Translations under genes and position numbers: made by a program | Source of the DNA: Antedon mediterranea | Taxonomy: Eukaryota; Animalia; Echinodermata | Reading direction: 5' to 3' | Assembly (NCBI RefSeq): GCF_964355755.1 | Contig: NC_092679.1 | Span: 14,429,432-14,493,431, forward strand | DNA length: 64,000 nt | In this document: piece after piece, positions 1 to 14,102 of the stretch | Layout of the letters: every line of letters starts with the position of its first letter | Numbering within the stretch: the stretch's first letter is position 1 | The notes under the pieces: model-generated | Seen by the model: only the letters and a program-made list of their open reading frames with translations | Databases searched by the model: none | Told to the model about the DNA's origin: nothing

Positions 1-391
1 CGCACCTTGTTCATTGATGTGACGTACCATCTAGGTTTTTTGACGCACCCCTGCGTCAGTAATTATTTGTAAATGACACACCCATGACGCACCCATGACG
101 CACCTCTCCCGGGGGTCGTATAGTGGGTCATACAATTGATAAGTGCATTACTACACATCACATTTCAAGTGCAGATTTTTATTACTGATAATAAACACTT
201 AAACCAAAAATGTCACCATACAACATACACAAGTAATACATTTTTTTTTATAAATTAATATTAAATTATTTATTTCTTTTAGTTTACAGAACAAATCAAA
301 AAAGCATAATTAAAAAAGTTTATGTTTGAACTAATTAGATCAAGGTCTAATTTTCTTATTCCATTCCAACATCATTATTGCATACTCCTTA

Positions 392-572
392 AGGGTCTTT
401 CACACCTGTTCCGGCACGGTTCCGGTCCGGCGAATCGAACATCAATGTTTCGTTTTCACGCGGCTATGCGCCAATCGATATGCGCGTAGCCGCGTGAAAA
501 CGAAACATTGACGTTCGATTGGATTTTCCGGCGCCGGACTGGAACCGTGCTGGAACAGGTGTGAAAGACCCT
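392..572. mobile_element. Harbinger/PIF-type palindromic MITE
   Basis: almost fully self-complementary, TIR agggtctttcacacctgttcc; TTA on both sides (389-391, 573-575); second copy at 38580. Confidence 0.85.
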
Positions 573-831
573 TTAATCATGAACCACTCATGAGACAAGC
601 TCAAGATAAAACCATTGAAACTAGATTGTGGTTAAGCGTATTTTGTTGACCGTTTGTGTGCGAAATTTGGCCGAGCATGAAAAAAGTCTGTTTAAATTTG
701 AGAAATAAATATTTTTTTAGATTTACTGTAAAATATATTAAAACACTCTAACCTCATTGACAATTCACGTCCGTGCCCTCCTTGACTGATACCCTTCCTA
801 TTAATAATCTTTTACACATTTGTTTATACAG

Positions 832-1025
832 AATGATTTTAAAGGCCAGTGTATACTTGGGGCCGACGTGAGGTGGAACACGAGTAGTAACTTTGTAATA
901 TACACAGACGCCAGCAATGCATCCAAGTGCGCATTCTGTATGGGTCTTCACATTGTACTGTTAATTTTCAGTCTAGTCTATGCTACGTATTGGCTTGTAA
1001 CGCTTATCCTGCGAAAAGAAGGAGT
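832..1025 (+). CDS. TMEM179: TMEM179/TMEM179B-like gene, internal exon (first exon lies upstream of window)
   Basis: tttatacag acceptor and gtaagt donor; encodes NDFKGQCIL...SNASKCAF...LVYATYWLV, matching remembered TMEM179 motifs (HDFRGRCLL, ACRF); phase 0 to phase 2. Confidence 0.85.
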
Positions 1026-2257
1026 GTAAGTTTTAATTCATTTGCATAATTAATATTCGTTAAATTAGTTTAATTCTTGACTCCATTATGTGTTTATGTC
1101 TGAACACTTTCATACATGTACTGTAACATTTTTTCCCATAAAAACTTTCTGCTTCCATTTACTTAATTTATTTTTTCTATACTCAAAGTACATGGTCAGG
1201 ACAGGGTATTCTGCCTCTATTAATGGCGTTTCCAATTGCGCAGGTCATTTTTAGTTTTATAATATTTTTATAGTTTCTTAGATTGTACTTAAATTGTTTA
1301 TTTGTTTAATTGTTAATTGTTTTGTTTAGATTCTTAAAATCATGATGAGGAAAAATTTAAAGCATTTTGATATATCCCCAATCCGGTAAAGAAATAAAAG
1401 ATAGGATTTATTCATTAATTTGTTTTCATTATCTCATTTATTTATCATACACATTATATTTATATACAAAACACATAATTATGTACAAATATCAGTGAGT
1501 ACTGTCAATCAGTGAACGAAATGTGGATATACAGTAAAGGCATAGAAACTTGCTAAATCACATCTCCAGTATATACAATATTTAGAAAAGAAATCAAATC
1601 TGTAGACCTCTGACAAGTTGATCACCTAAATAATAAATCTTAAAAAATAAAATATAAATACAATTTCCTTATCTTTAGCTGTAAAAAGAAATACATTCAT
1701 ATCACTGGATGGTGTTGAGTTTCTATGCCTATCATAGTATTAAATAAATAAGTAATTATAGTGAATGAATAAATACACACACAGTATATAAATTCCATCT
1801 CCAGTTTAAAATATCAATATTTTTAAAAAGAAATCCAATCCAGATTGCTATTTTTATTCTCGTTACCTGCTAGCTATCACCTGCAGATAAAAAATAATGT
1901 ATTTTGAATTATAATTGATAATATTCATGATGATACTCTGAGTGCTATTTTGGTTCATTGACTTAAGCATATATCACTGACAATAACTTATACATAATTA
2001 TTATTTTTCGCTCGATAGTGTGTATGTAGTAGAAAAGTGCCTCTAGTGGCATATGATAGTTCAACCTGTTTCAGTCTATTTTTAGTCTTTTGGTAATAGC
2101 TAGAATTCCATTGGCAGAATAAATTTTATTCTTATTTATAGAGGAGAGAAAAATAAAATTGAAAAGGCTATTAAACTGTATGCCTTTATTTGTGATGACC
2201 TGAGGATTTTATCTTCATGGCTTGTTGATATCTTTATGTGATGTGCATGCAAACTTT

Positions 2258-4790
2258 CATCCTCCCTCACCATTATCATCATTTTCCCTCACCATCATCA
2301 TCATTCTCCCTCACCATCATCATCATTCTCCCTCACCATCATCATCATCCTTCTCCCTCACCATCATCATCATCCTTCTCCCTCACCATCATCATCCTTC
2401 TCCCTCTCACCATCATCATCCTTCTTCCTCTCGCCATCATCACCCTCCTCTCTCACCATCATCATCATCCTCCCTCACCATCATCCTCCTCCCTCACCAT
2501 CATCATCATCCTTCCTCACCATTATCATCATTCTCCCCATTATCATCATTCTCCCTCCCTCACCATCATCATCATTCTCCCTCACCATCATCATCATCCT
2601 TCTCCCTCACCATCATCATCCTTCTCCCTCTCACCATCATCACCCTCCTCTCTCACCATCATCATCATCCTCCCTCACCATCATCATCATCCTCCTTCCT
2701 CACCATCATCATCATCCTCCATCATCATCCTCCTCCATCATCATCCTCCTCCCTCACCATCATCTCCCTCTTCCCTCACTATCATCATCATACTCCCTCA
2801 TCATCCTCCTCCCTCATCATCCTCCTCCCTCACCATCATCATCCTCCTTCCTCATCATCATCATCCTCCCTCACCATCATCATCCTCCTTCCTCTCCATC
2901 ATCATCCTCCTCCTCACCCTCATCCTCCTCCCTCACCATCATCATCCTTCTCCCTCACCATCATCATCCTTCTCCCTCCCCATCATCATCCTCCTCCCTC
3001 ACCATCATCATCCTCCTCCCTCACCATCATCATCCTCCTGCCTCACCATCATCATCATCCTTCCTCACCATCATCCTCCTCCTCCCTCACCATCATCATC
3101 ATCCTCCCTCACCATCATCATCATCCTTCCTCACCATCATCCTCCTCCTTCCTCACCATCATCCTCCTCCTTCCTCACCATCATCATCATCTTCCCTCAC
3201 CATCATCATCCTCCTCCCTCATCATCATCATCCTCCTCTCTCACCATCATCATCATACTCCTCTCTCACCATCATCATCCTCCTCCTCTTTCACCATCAT
3301 CATCCTCCTCCCTCACCATCATCCTCCTCCCTCTCCATCATCATCCTCCTCCCTCTCCATCATCATCCTCCTCCCTCTCCATCATCATCCTCCTCCCTCT
3401 CCATCATCATTCTCCCTCATCATCATCCTCTTCCTTCCTCATCATCCTCCCTCTCCATCATCATCCTCCTCCTCACCATCATCATCCTCCCTCATCATCA
3501 TCCTCCTCTCTCAACCTCCTCTCTCAACCTCCTCTCTCATCATCATCATCCTCCTCCCTCGGCATCATCATCCTCCTCCCTCGCAATCATCCTCCTCCCT
3601 CGCAATCATCATCCTCCTCCTCACCATCATCATCATCCTCTCTCACCATCATCATCATCCTCCCTCACCATCATCATCCTCTTTCCTCGCAATCATCATC
3701 CTCCTCCCTCCCTCCCTCACCATCATCATCCTCCTCCTCTCTCACCATCATCCTCTCTCACCATCATCATCCTCCTCCCTCGCAATCATCATCCTCCTCA
3801 CCATCATCATCATACTCCTCTCTCACCATCATCATACTCTCACCATCATCATCATCCTCCTCCCTCCCTCACCATCATCCTCCTCCCTCTCTCACCATCA
3901 TCATCCTCCTCCCTCTCCATCATCATCCTCCTCCTCACCATTATCATCCTCCCTCATCATCATCATCCTCCTTCCTCATCATCCTCCTCCTCACCATCAT
4001 CATTCTCCCTCATCATCATCCTCTTCCTTCCTCATCATCCTCCCTCTCCATCATCATACTCCTCTCTCACCCTCCTCTCTCATCATCATCATCCTCCTCC
4101 CTCGGCATCATCATCCTCCTCCCTCGCAATCATCATCCTCCTCCCTCACAATCATCATCCTCCTCCTCACCATCATCATCATCCTCTCTCACCATCATCA
4201 TCATCCTCCCTCACCATCATCATCCTCTTCCCTCGCAATCATCATCCTCCTCCCTCCCTCCCTCATCATCATCATCCTCCTCCTCCCTCACCATCATCCT
4301 CTCTCACCATCATCATCCTCCTCCCTCGCAATCATCATCCTCCTCCTGACCATCATCATCATACTCCTCTCACCATCATCATCCTCCTCCTCACCATCAT
4401 CATCCTCCCTCATCATCCTCCTTCCTCATCATCCTCCCTCACCATCATCATGCTCCTCCCTCTCCATCATCATCCTCCTCCTCACCATCATCATCCTCCC
4501 TCATTATCATCCTTCTCTCTCACCCCCCTCTCTCACCATCATTATCCTCCTCCCTCGCCATCATCATCCTCCTCCCTCGCAATCATCATCCTCCTCCCTC
4601 GCAATCATCATCCTCCTCCCTCACCTCACCATCATCATCCTCCCTCATCATCATCCTCTTCCCTCATCATCCTCATCCTCCTTCCACCTCATCCTCATCC
4701 TCCTTCCTCATCATCATCATCATCCTCTTTCATCACCATCATCATCCCCCTCCCTCACCATCATCATCCTTCCTCACCATCACATCAATC
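2258..4790. repeat. 2.5-kb degenerate (CAT/CCT/CAC)n microsatellite in intron
   Basis: directly visible triplet repeat, almost G-free on + strand. Confidence 0.97.
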
Positions 4791-4937
4791 ATCAAATCAA
4801 TGTATATTTATGTTTGTCATCCTTATATTATCATAATAATTTTGTTTAATTATGATAAAAAATGTTTAATCTTTTAATTGTTATTGTTAATGATAGCATA
4901 TTAAAAAACTATATTAATATGGAACATCTCTTTACAG

Positions 4938-5078
4938 TCGTATTTTTCAGATTATAACCATCTTTCTGTATGCAGCATTCACATTTTTAGTATTTGTACA
5001 AGCTGGTGTATTAACGCGAGGACTAAATCGATTCTGTGACGGCTTAACGTCTGGAGACATGGGTAGTCATATAGAATC
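4938..5078 (+). CDS. TMEM179: TMEM179-like internal exon (TM segment + GLNRFCD)
   Basis: tttacag acceptor, gtaaga donor; 141 nt, phase 2 to 2; (V)RIFQIITIFLYAAFTFLVFVQAGVLTRGLNRFCDGLTSGDMGSHIE(S); joins in frame to both neighbours. Confidence 0.85.
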
Positions 5079-5107
5079 GTAAGAATGCTTTTTTTATTTT
5101 CCTTAAT

Positions 5108-5335
5108 GCCCCAGTGGTCTAATGCTTAAAGACAGTTGCATATCAAGCAGAAGGTTCTGAATTTTAATATTGCAACCAAAACATATAATATAATGCGTGT
5201 ATGTTTGTGATACAGAATCCAAGGTTAATGTCACCGGCGATGACCAACTACTTCACAAAAATTGCCAAACTACACCTAAACACAAGATCCTAGATCCTTG
5301 GGGGTCGTAAAGCAAAAGCTTCCTCATTCATCATT
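5108..5335 (+). mobile_element. degenerate tRNA-derived SINE-like remnant
   Basis: tRNA-like 5' end (gccccagtggtctaatgcttaa) and cattcatcatt tail; B box poorly preserved. Confidence 0.35.
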
Positions 5336-5602
5336 AATTCTATACAGTTAAACATTATATGCAGTAGATTCCTTGTGGTACGCCAGCCAGTGGCCTTAGG
5401 CTATGATATGCAGACATGTCTAGCATAAGCGGTATATAACTCTACTCCACTACTAATATAATACAACTATTGCCCGAAGGGTATCTTTTCTTGACTAATT
5501 ATGTTGTATGCATACAATTACAATGGCCTCCGTGCTCGGTACCTGTATAAAAATCTAGCGTCCTTGTGCTGTTAGAAATTTAGTTATGTCTCTTCAACCA
5601 CC

Positions 5603-6432
5603 GTTACTAAATATAGTAACATGTTCAGCATGGTAACATGTTCAGCATGGTAACAACATGTTCAGCATGTTTATTTTTAGTAACATACTGTATCCCCACA
5701 AACATTGTTACTAAATATAGTTAACATGTTCAGCAGGTTTATTTTTAGTAACATATCCCCACAAACATTGTTACTAAATATAGTTAACATGTTCAGCATG
5801 TTTATTTTTAGTAACATATCCCCACAAACATTGTTACTAAATATAGTTAACATGGTTCTGGTGCTAGAACGAGTCTTCTCGGATAAGGACTATAAACCGT
5901 AGGTCCAGTGTACACATAGCTCATGCGCACTTTAAAGAACCTAGTACATCTTTCGAGACGAGTAGGGGGTTACCCCAGTGTACTAGTCCACACAAACACA
6001 GCCACTGTCACACACAGCCACTGTACAAATTGGGACTGGACCGTTTTAGAGGTGTTTACCACCTGTTGGTCCAGATCCTTCACTAACTGAGTTAGTGAGA
6101 AGTCGAATAAATAAAAAATAAAATGTTCAGCATGTTTATTTTTAGTTAAACATATCCCCACAAACATTGTTACTAAATATAGTTAACATGTTCAGCATGT
6201 TTATTTTAAGTAACATACTGTATCCCCACCAACATTGTTGCTAAATAGAGTACTGTAACATGTTCAGCAACATAGTAACATATCCCCACAAACATTGTTA
6301 TATACGGTAGTAACATTGTCCCACAAACATTGTTATATAGTAACATTGTCCCACAAACATTGTTATATAGTAACATTGTCCCACAAACATCAATTGTTAC
6401 TATAGTATTAGTAGCATGTTTGTATAGTAACA
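5603..6432. repeat. 63-bp minisatellite decaying into 30-bp units, interrupted by a SINE
   Basis: aacattg recurs at 5701/5764/5827; taacattgtc at 6311/6341/6371. Confidence 0.9.
5855..6122 (+). mobile_element. 5'-truncated SINE with Deu-domain-like core
   Basis: ctcggataaggactataaaccgtaggtcc...ttaaagaacc...gagtagggggttacccc resembles the DeuSINE/SINE3 central domain; A-rich tail; splits a minisatellite unit. Confidence 0.65.
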
Positions 6433-6998
6433 TGTCCTTCAAACTTTTTACTAAATGTAGTAAAGTGTTTAAAATAAAGTAAATAAAAAAAAAATGTTTC
6501 TATGTTTAGTAACATGTTTGAAGGGACATGTTACTAATAGCATTTATGACCACAAGTACATGTTTCTGTCAATTAAATGTTGGAATTCTCTCTCTAGCCA
6601 TTTTCTCTCCAACAGAAACAGTACCAATGTAATTATTGGTTTAATTTTCCTGAAAATGGAGTCTGTTCATGTAGCACAGCCATTTAACTTATTACCGTGG
6701 TGCTTCCTCCTGTTGTTGATCTCTTCTTTACTTTCCACCATTCAAACCTCATTATTAAATTTCCTAATGCATGCCCTGTTGACATTTATGTTTAATAGAA
6801 AAAACTAAATGCAAATCTTGGCTCGAAATTTAAAACAAATACAAATATTACTATTAATTATTACTATTAAATATTTGGTATTCATGATAAACACTTTCGT
6901 GCAGTTATTTTAATTTTATTTAAACTTTGGATATTTCTTCTGGAATAACCGTTATTTGGTAGTCAATGGCTGGTACAAATTAATACTTGTTCTTTCAG

Positions 6999-7077
6999 TT
7001 GTCAAGAATCACAAGATCTTGTTCGTTGGAAAGGTCTTAAAGGATCTGATTTCTATTCAATGTTAAAGAAAACACAG
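6999..7077 (+). CDS. TMEM179: TMEM179-like internal exon
   Basis: ttctttcag acceptor, gtaaat donor; (S)CQESQDLVRWKGLKGSDFYSMLKKTQ resembles TMEM179B SCSEAQ...FYSNLHNAE; phase 2 to 0. Confidence 0.85.
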
Positions 7078-7375
7078 GTAAATCAATTATATATTTATTA
7101 TACTAACTTCCATTTACATAAAGGAGTGTGTCGAGCATGAAAATGAGCGCAAATATCAGAATACGTCACAAATGTAAAGGTAACCGCAAATGTCAAGCCA
7201 TGCCACCTACAATTTATTTAAAAACTGCATTTCAAGACCTTAATGTCTACAATTTGTTTTATAAATTACCCATTATCGCAAATATAAAAACATATCAGCC
7301 ACAATGTAAAAACATATTAACTGCAAATTTATCTAAAAACATATCAACCGCAAATCTAATAATAAAGTATCCAAG

Positions 7376-8151
7376 TTTTGTCACACCCTGTTGAAATGTC
7401 ATAATTATTACACTGGGATATTCCCCTACTACTATATTAAAAGATGAGGATGATTCTCTCTTTTCAAAGTTTTTAAAATGTATGTACACAGAAGCAACAG
7501 CTTTTCGTCAGTCCGCATGTCTAACTAAATACTGTAGCATGGAACATATCTTTTCATCAGAAGTCTCGTTTAAAGTTCTTTAAAAAAAAAAATGTTGACT
7601 ACTTCATTCTGTCAGAATGGGGCAGAATGAGAGTAGTGTTGCTTTTGCTCACAAAGTACTCCATTTTCATTTGCCTTTCAAAAAACGGATCTGCTCCATT
7701 ACTGATAATCATTATCTACACATATATAATATTGTATGCGGTTTTGTACACAAACGAAGGAGTTTACAGAAATACTGTAGGCCTTCTTAGATTAGAGCTA
7801 CATCTGTTAGCCTTTTGTCACTCCCTGTTGAAATTAGTACCCTGGAATAATCCCCTACTACTACTATCTTAAGAGATGAAGTTGATCTTTCTTTTCGATT
7901 TTGATACAAAATACCAAATAATAAAATGTATGTACACAGAACCAAAAGCTTTATGTCACTTTAAGGCAATAAGAGGGTTGCTTTTGCTCACAAAGTACTC
8001 CATTTTCGTTCATCTTTGTAAAGCTAATCTGCTCCATTGCTGATAATCAGTATTATTATCTGATCTACTAAAATTGTATGCAGTTTTGTACACAAACGAA
8101 GGAGTTTACAGAAATACTGTAGGCCTTCTTAGAGCCACATCTGTTAGCCTT
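7376..8151. repeat. diverged local tandem duplication (about 440-bp and 340-bp copies)
   Basis: shared blocks such as gcttttgctcacaaagtactccatttt (7641/7980) and tgtacacaaacgaaggagtttacagaaatactgtaggcc. Confidence 0.85.
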
Positions 8152-9792
8152 TCAGTTCTTTAGCAATTAATCGGATATTCAATCTTCATGGCTTGTTGAT
8201 GTCTTTACGTGATGTGCATGCAAACTTTTAAAGAGCAGCTTATTACCAGTGAAACACAGTGGTTATATCAACATAATAAATATTGATAATTGTTTTTTAC
8301 AAATGTCGTTGCAGGCAATATTGAAGTAGAGTGTTTTAGGCTTACTAAAATCAATGTAATTTTAAAGTTTATTGGACTTAAAAAAAAAGAAGTTATCATT
8401 AAAAACATATTCAGAATACTCTATCCATACTAGATTTTCTAGAAAATTAGAAATACTGATATTGTTCAGCCCAAGGGAGTCCAGTATTGGGAGAGTTGAC
8501 ATGATGCAGAATCTTTAATTGATAATGACAATTTCTCAATGACTTTTCCCTAATCACTGTGGGTATTGTCTCAAATCAGAATATTACTGTAATCTCTTTA
8601 ACTACAAATCATGGATATGTCAACATAAGGAAATGTATTTTAATTGTTTTCAAATCCGGGATTATGAATTTAATTGTCTTCAATCAGTGAAGTGGAAGTT
8701 ATCAAGTTGTCTCTCAGTGAAGAGAATGTTCCTTTTCTAGTGTCCTTCCATGAGCACATACATACATAAGTCCAACTAAGTTTGATTATAACCTACGAAT
8801 GAATATGAATGACGTAAAAAGAGTATGAATATTATAAAAATAGGTAAATCATAATAACTGAATTGGCACAACTTTAAAGATTTGTGCAAACAAATTGTTC
8901 AACAACATCTTCAAAACCTGTTTGATGAAGTAACAGACAGAGTACATAATAAAAAGTACTTGTAATAACATAAACTATGCATAATGTAAACTATAAATAC
9001 ACTCACATACAATGTTCCCTCAGGAACATTCCTTCTCTAGCTCAAACTAATATTGATAGACAGAATAAAAACAATGCAACTAGGCCTAGATGATTACCTT
9101 ACAATAGAGCTAACTGATCCTACAACAGATGGACAGCTTGGGAAGATCACTGACTGAATCAAACACTAGATAAGCTGATGGATTCAATGATAGTAAAAGC
9201 ACTAGTTTGATTTGATTTATGATTTGATTTATTCAATATCGGCTCATAACAATAACAACAGAATACATAAAAATACAAAAAGCCAGGATTGTCAAAAGCG
9301 AACCCAATCACTGTTTAAAGACTTTCTTTTATTAGTTGAGAACCCCTGAAGAAATTAAGTTGATTTATATTGTCTGTTCTGCTTTCCATTAATTCATTAA
9401 TTAAACAAACATAACATTATTTGATTATTAACTAGCTTACTTTCTTTAATTATTTATATGTCTAGTTTGGGCAGTTCTTGTTCTAAATTCTCTATCTGCC
9501 GTTAGCGCTTCTCTGTTGCGACCAAATGCAATAAGTTCTCCACTAAAATTCTTGAAACGTATTACGATTTACAGAAAGTAAAAAAAGATTTGTTTAGGGT
9601 AGAATCAATCATACCAAATAAAAAACACTGTCCCTATTTTGGTTGATTGTAATGCAGCTGTTTAAGTAGAGAAAGCTTTGCCAAAATATACACACTATGT
9701 GGTAGTTGCCCAGGTGTGAGGTGAATAGGTTTTAAATAGCAACAACATTTAAAAGATTTAAACCATAGAATAGAATGTTACTATAAAGAGGC

Positions 9793-10733
9793 ATTTTCAC
9801 AGATTAGACATAGATACAGTACCACCTGATTTACCTTTATCTGTCAACATTTTACAGATTAGACATAGATACACTACCACCTGATTTACCTTTATCTATC
9901 AACATTTTACAGATTAGACATAGATACAGTACCACCTGATTTACCTTTATCTATCAACATTTCACAGATTGGACATAGATACAGTACCACCTGATTTACC
10001 TTTATCTGTCAACATTTTACAGATTAGACATAGATACAGTACCACCTGATTTACCTTTATCTATCAACATTTTACAGATTAGACATAGATACAGTACCAC
10101 CTGATTTACCTTTATCTATCAACATTTCACAGATTGGACATAGATACAGTACCACCTGATTTACCTTTATCTATCAACATTTCACATATTGGACATAGAT
10201 ACAGTACCACCTGATTTACCTTTATCTATCAACATTTCACAGATTGGACATAGATACAGTACCACCTGATTTACCTTTATCTATCAACATTTCACAGATT
10301 GGACATAGATACAGTACCACCTGATTTACCTTTATCTATCAACATTTCACAGATTGGACATAGATACAGTACCACCTGATTTACCTTTATCTATCAACAT
10401 TTCACAGATTGGACATAGATACAGTACCACCTGATTTACCTTTATCTATCAACATTTCACAGATTGGACATAGATACAGTACCACCTGATTTACCTTTAT
10501 CTATCAACATTTCACAGATTGGACATAGATACAGTACCACCTGATTTACCTTTATCTATCAACATTTCACAGATTAGACATAGATACAGTACCACCTGAT
10601 TTACCTTTATCTATCAACATTTCACAGATTGGACATAGATACAGTACCACCTGATTTACCTTTATCTATCAACATTTCACAGATTGGACATAGATACAGT
10701 ACCACCTGATTTACCTTTATCTATCAACATTTT
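9793..10733. repeat. 55-bp minisatellite, about 17 near-identical copies
   Basis: unit acatttcacagattggacatagatacagtaccacctgatttacctttatctatca; acagtaccac at 10201 and 10311 (two periods). Confidence 0.97.
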
Positions 10734-12489
10734 ACTCAAATTAGATTATTTTAGTAATTTTGGAAACAGAGAAACAATTATTGAACAAGTACTGTGATGG
10801 TCATAGCATTTTGTGTTTGTTCAACTTTTACTTGAGTGGCTTGCCATGCCATGGTGTAGGAATTTCAATCAATCAATTTCAATCAATCAATCAAACATTG
10901 GGCATTTTGTATAAGATGTTTAATTCAACTTAAATTGATGTAAATTTAAAATTATGACATTATATCTATATATGATTATGACATCGATTAAGTTTAAAAA
11001 AAAATAAGCAGTATGTATATTAGAAGAGCTATCCGTTTAGTATGGTGCTTACACATTTGAATTGCATTTATTTTGGCTTAACATTATTGAAGCTTTTGAC
11101 ACAAAAAAAACATCTAAAGAAGATTTTTCAGGATAGACCTACATTAAAATTGTATTTCCATTGACATAGTGTAAAAACAATAAAAATTAATAAATAAATA
11201 TAATAGAATAATTGTTGTTAAAGATATTCATTATAATTTTAAAATAATAGCTTAATCAAGTTATAAACCATATTCCATGTTTTAACTTACTTAATATCCC
11301 TTGCACTTTGATATTTTTCTTAATTTTATATAGTATTAGTAAGTAATTTTGAGCGTTATGCATTTATACATGTTTACAGTCATCAGTCTCATGCTGTACC
11401 GATAGTTCTATTTTCCAGTAGCATTAAACGTGTCAGATTTATGGTATGTAGCCATTAATCTGTTGCATTTGATAATATATTTATAAATGACCCACAATGT
11501 ATTCACATTTATAGTAGCATCAGCTATTATGCTTAATACATGATTCTATAATTTTACCATCAATCTTGTGACAAATTTACTCTACATACAAGATTAAGTA
11601 GGTGACAATATGATTGATTCCAAGTTCCGCAACATGCCTTTGTCACGCAAGAGTATGTGAATTTCGCAAAAAAATATTATGCAATAAAATAATAATTGAT
11701 TCCACTGTGACTACCCAGTTTCAGTGTGAGTAGCTTTAGCTGCATCAAATTGAATTTGTCATCACAGAATTTCTATGAAGGAACCAATATTTTTAATGCA
11801 CAAGTACAAATTAAGCTGCCATATGATTTATGAATATAATACATGTGATAATAAAACTACCAAAACTGGTTTCAAAGAAAACCATTCTTTTGGGTTTTTT
11901 TTAATACAAGCCGGTTCTTGGTTAGAATGACAATCTCTGGTCAGAATAAAAAGTAAGGCCTACAGATTAATAAATGTCATTATCTCAAGAAAACCATACA
12001 TTTATTGCATGATTTAAAACAAGTAGATGTGTGCATTATTTTGTGTGATCATATAATTATAATTTTTTAAAACTAGAAAATAGATACATTTTTATATGAC
12101 TCTTTTAAACCATAGAAATATTCTTTTTTTTACACATTATCATCTCATAAAATATAAGGCCTAGATAGCAACCAAGCGCATCTTGGCAAACATAAGGTTA
12201 TTTTCCCTGACGTGTACTGTACAGGTACATTTTTCTTCCCATAAATTTAATGTTTAATGGTAATTCAGCAGTCATTGTTATTGAAATATCGTAATTAAAG
12301 CACATCATATAGTAAATACAAATGTTAGTTTGATCACAATGATGATTGATGTTTGCATGGAAATTGAGATTGTCTTTGGGTAACGTATATTGTTACTTTT
12401 ATTAATTTAAATTATTAAACAGGGCAAAGTATAATTATAATTTATATATAGATTGTCAACATTATCATTTTAATCACCTTCATAATAAT

Positions 12490-13890
12490 TGTCTCCATTG
12501 TCACCCTCATTCTTATCTTTACTTTATTGTCACCATCTTCATCATTGTAATTTCACCATCTTCATTTGTCACCATAACTATAATCATCATCATTATCTCC
12601 TTGATATCATTATCATTGTCACAATCTTCATCTTTGTCACCATAATCATCATCATTATCAACTTGGTAATGGTCATTGTTGTCACCATAATCTTTGTCAC
12701 CATAATCATCATCATTGTCAACTTGGTAATGGTCATTGTTGTCACAATAATCTTTGTCACCATAATCATCATCATTATCAACTTGGTAATGGTCATTGTT
12801 TTCACCATAATCTTTGTCACTATAATCATCATTATCAACTCGGTAATGGTCATTGTTGTCACCATAATCTTTTTCATCATAATCATCATCATTAGGCCTA
12901 TTAACTTGGTAATGGTCATTGTTGTCACCATAATCTTTGTCATCATAATCATCATCATTATCTCCTTGATATCAGTATCATTGTAACCATCGCCATCATT
13001 GTCACAATCTTCATCTTTGTCACCATAATCATCATCATTATCAACTTGGTAATGGTCATTGTTGTCACCATAATCTTTGTCATCATAATCGTCATCATTA
13101 TCAGCTTGGTAATGGTCATTGTTGTCACCATAATCTTTGTCCTCATAATCATCATCATTATCAACTTGGTACAGTAATGGTCATTGTTGTCGCCTCACCA
13201 TAATCTTTGTCATCATAATCATCATCATTATTAACTTGGTAATGGTCATTGTTGTCACCATAATCTTGGTCACCATAATCATCATCATTATCAACTTGGT
13301 AATGGTCATTGTTGTCACCATAATCTTTGTCATCATAATCATCATCATTATTAACTTGGTAATGGTCATTGTTGTCACCATAATCTTTGTCATCATAATC
13401 ATCATCATTATCTCCTTGATATCATTATCATTGTAACCATCTCCATCATTGTCACAATCTTCATCTTTGTCACCATATTCATCATCATTATCAACTTGGT
13501 AATGGTCATTGTTGTCACCATAATCTTTGTCGCCATAATCATCATCATTATCAACTTGGTAATGGTCATTGTTGTCACCATATTCATCATCAAACCATAT
13601 TTATATCATCGCCATTTTTATTTATGTCACCATCATTTTCACCATATTCATCATCATAACCATATTTGCATTATTGTCACCTTGATAATTGTCATTGTTG
13701 TCACCATCTTCATCATTGTCACCATCTTCATCATTGTCACCATCTTCATCTTTGTCACCATCTTCATTTGTCACCATATTCATTAACATAACCTCTCTAA
13801 AGATGGTTAATAAGATAAAAGTAAATAACCATATTCATCATCATTATCACCTTTATCATTGTCACCATCTTATTCTTATTGTCATTATTG
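12490..13890. repeat. CAT-derived 60-bp minisatellite within low-complexity tract
   Basis: acttggtaatggtcattgtt recurs at 12661/12721/12781 and onward. Confidence 0.95.
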
Positions 13891-14102
13891 TAGTGGCGGA
13901 TCCAGGTTTTTTAAATAGAAGAGGCTCAGCTGAGGGCCTATGATAATCATTGACAATTTCACCTTAATCATCATCACAGTTGTATAACCTTCATAAATTG
14001 TAATATCTATCTATCTTATTTATCTTTTTATTATCATCATCCTTGTCACCACCTTCATCATAATCATCACCTTCAAAATTGTCATACTTTTAACTTTATT
14101 AT

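Noticed and set aside
1-150. Probable right end of a non-autonomous DNA transposon
   Set aside because: Other terminus is outside the window, so TIR and TSD cannot be verified
1560-1900. Antisense micro-exons (ag|GTGATAGCTAGCAG|gtaac and a paralogue) in a short duplication
   Set aside because: No supporting reading frame or partner exons; can arise by chance
2222-4849. 875-aa and 703-aa His/Pro/Ser/Ile-rich ORFs
   Set aside because: Stop-free by composition of the CAT/CCT repeat, open in several frames, and inside an intron
9793-10733. CRISPR-like regular array
   Set aside because: No unique spacers, no cas genes, eukaryotic intron
12489-13943. MMMIMVTK / VIVVTII repeat ORFs
   Set aside because: Translations of the 60-bp minisatellite
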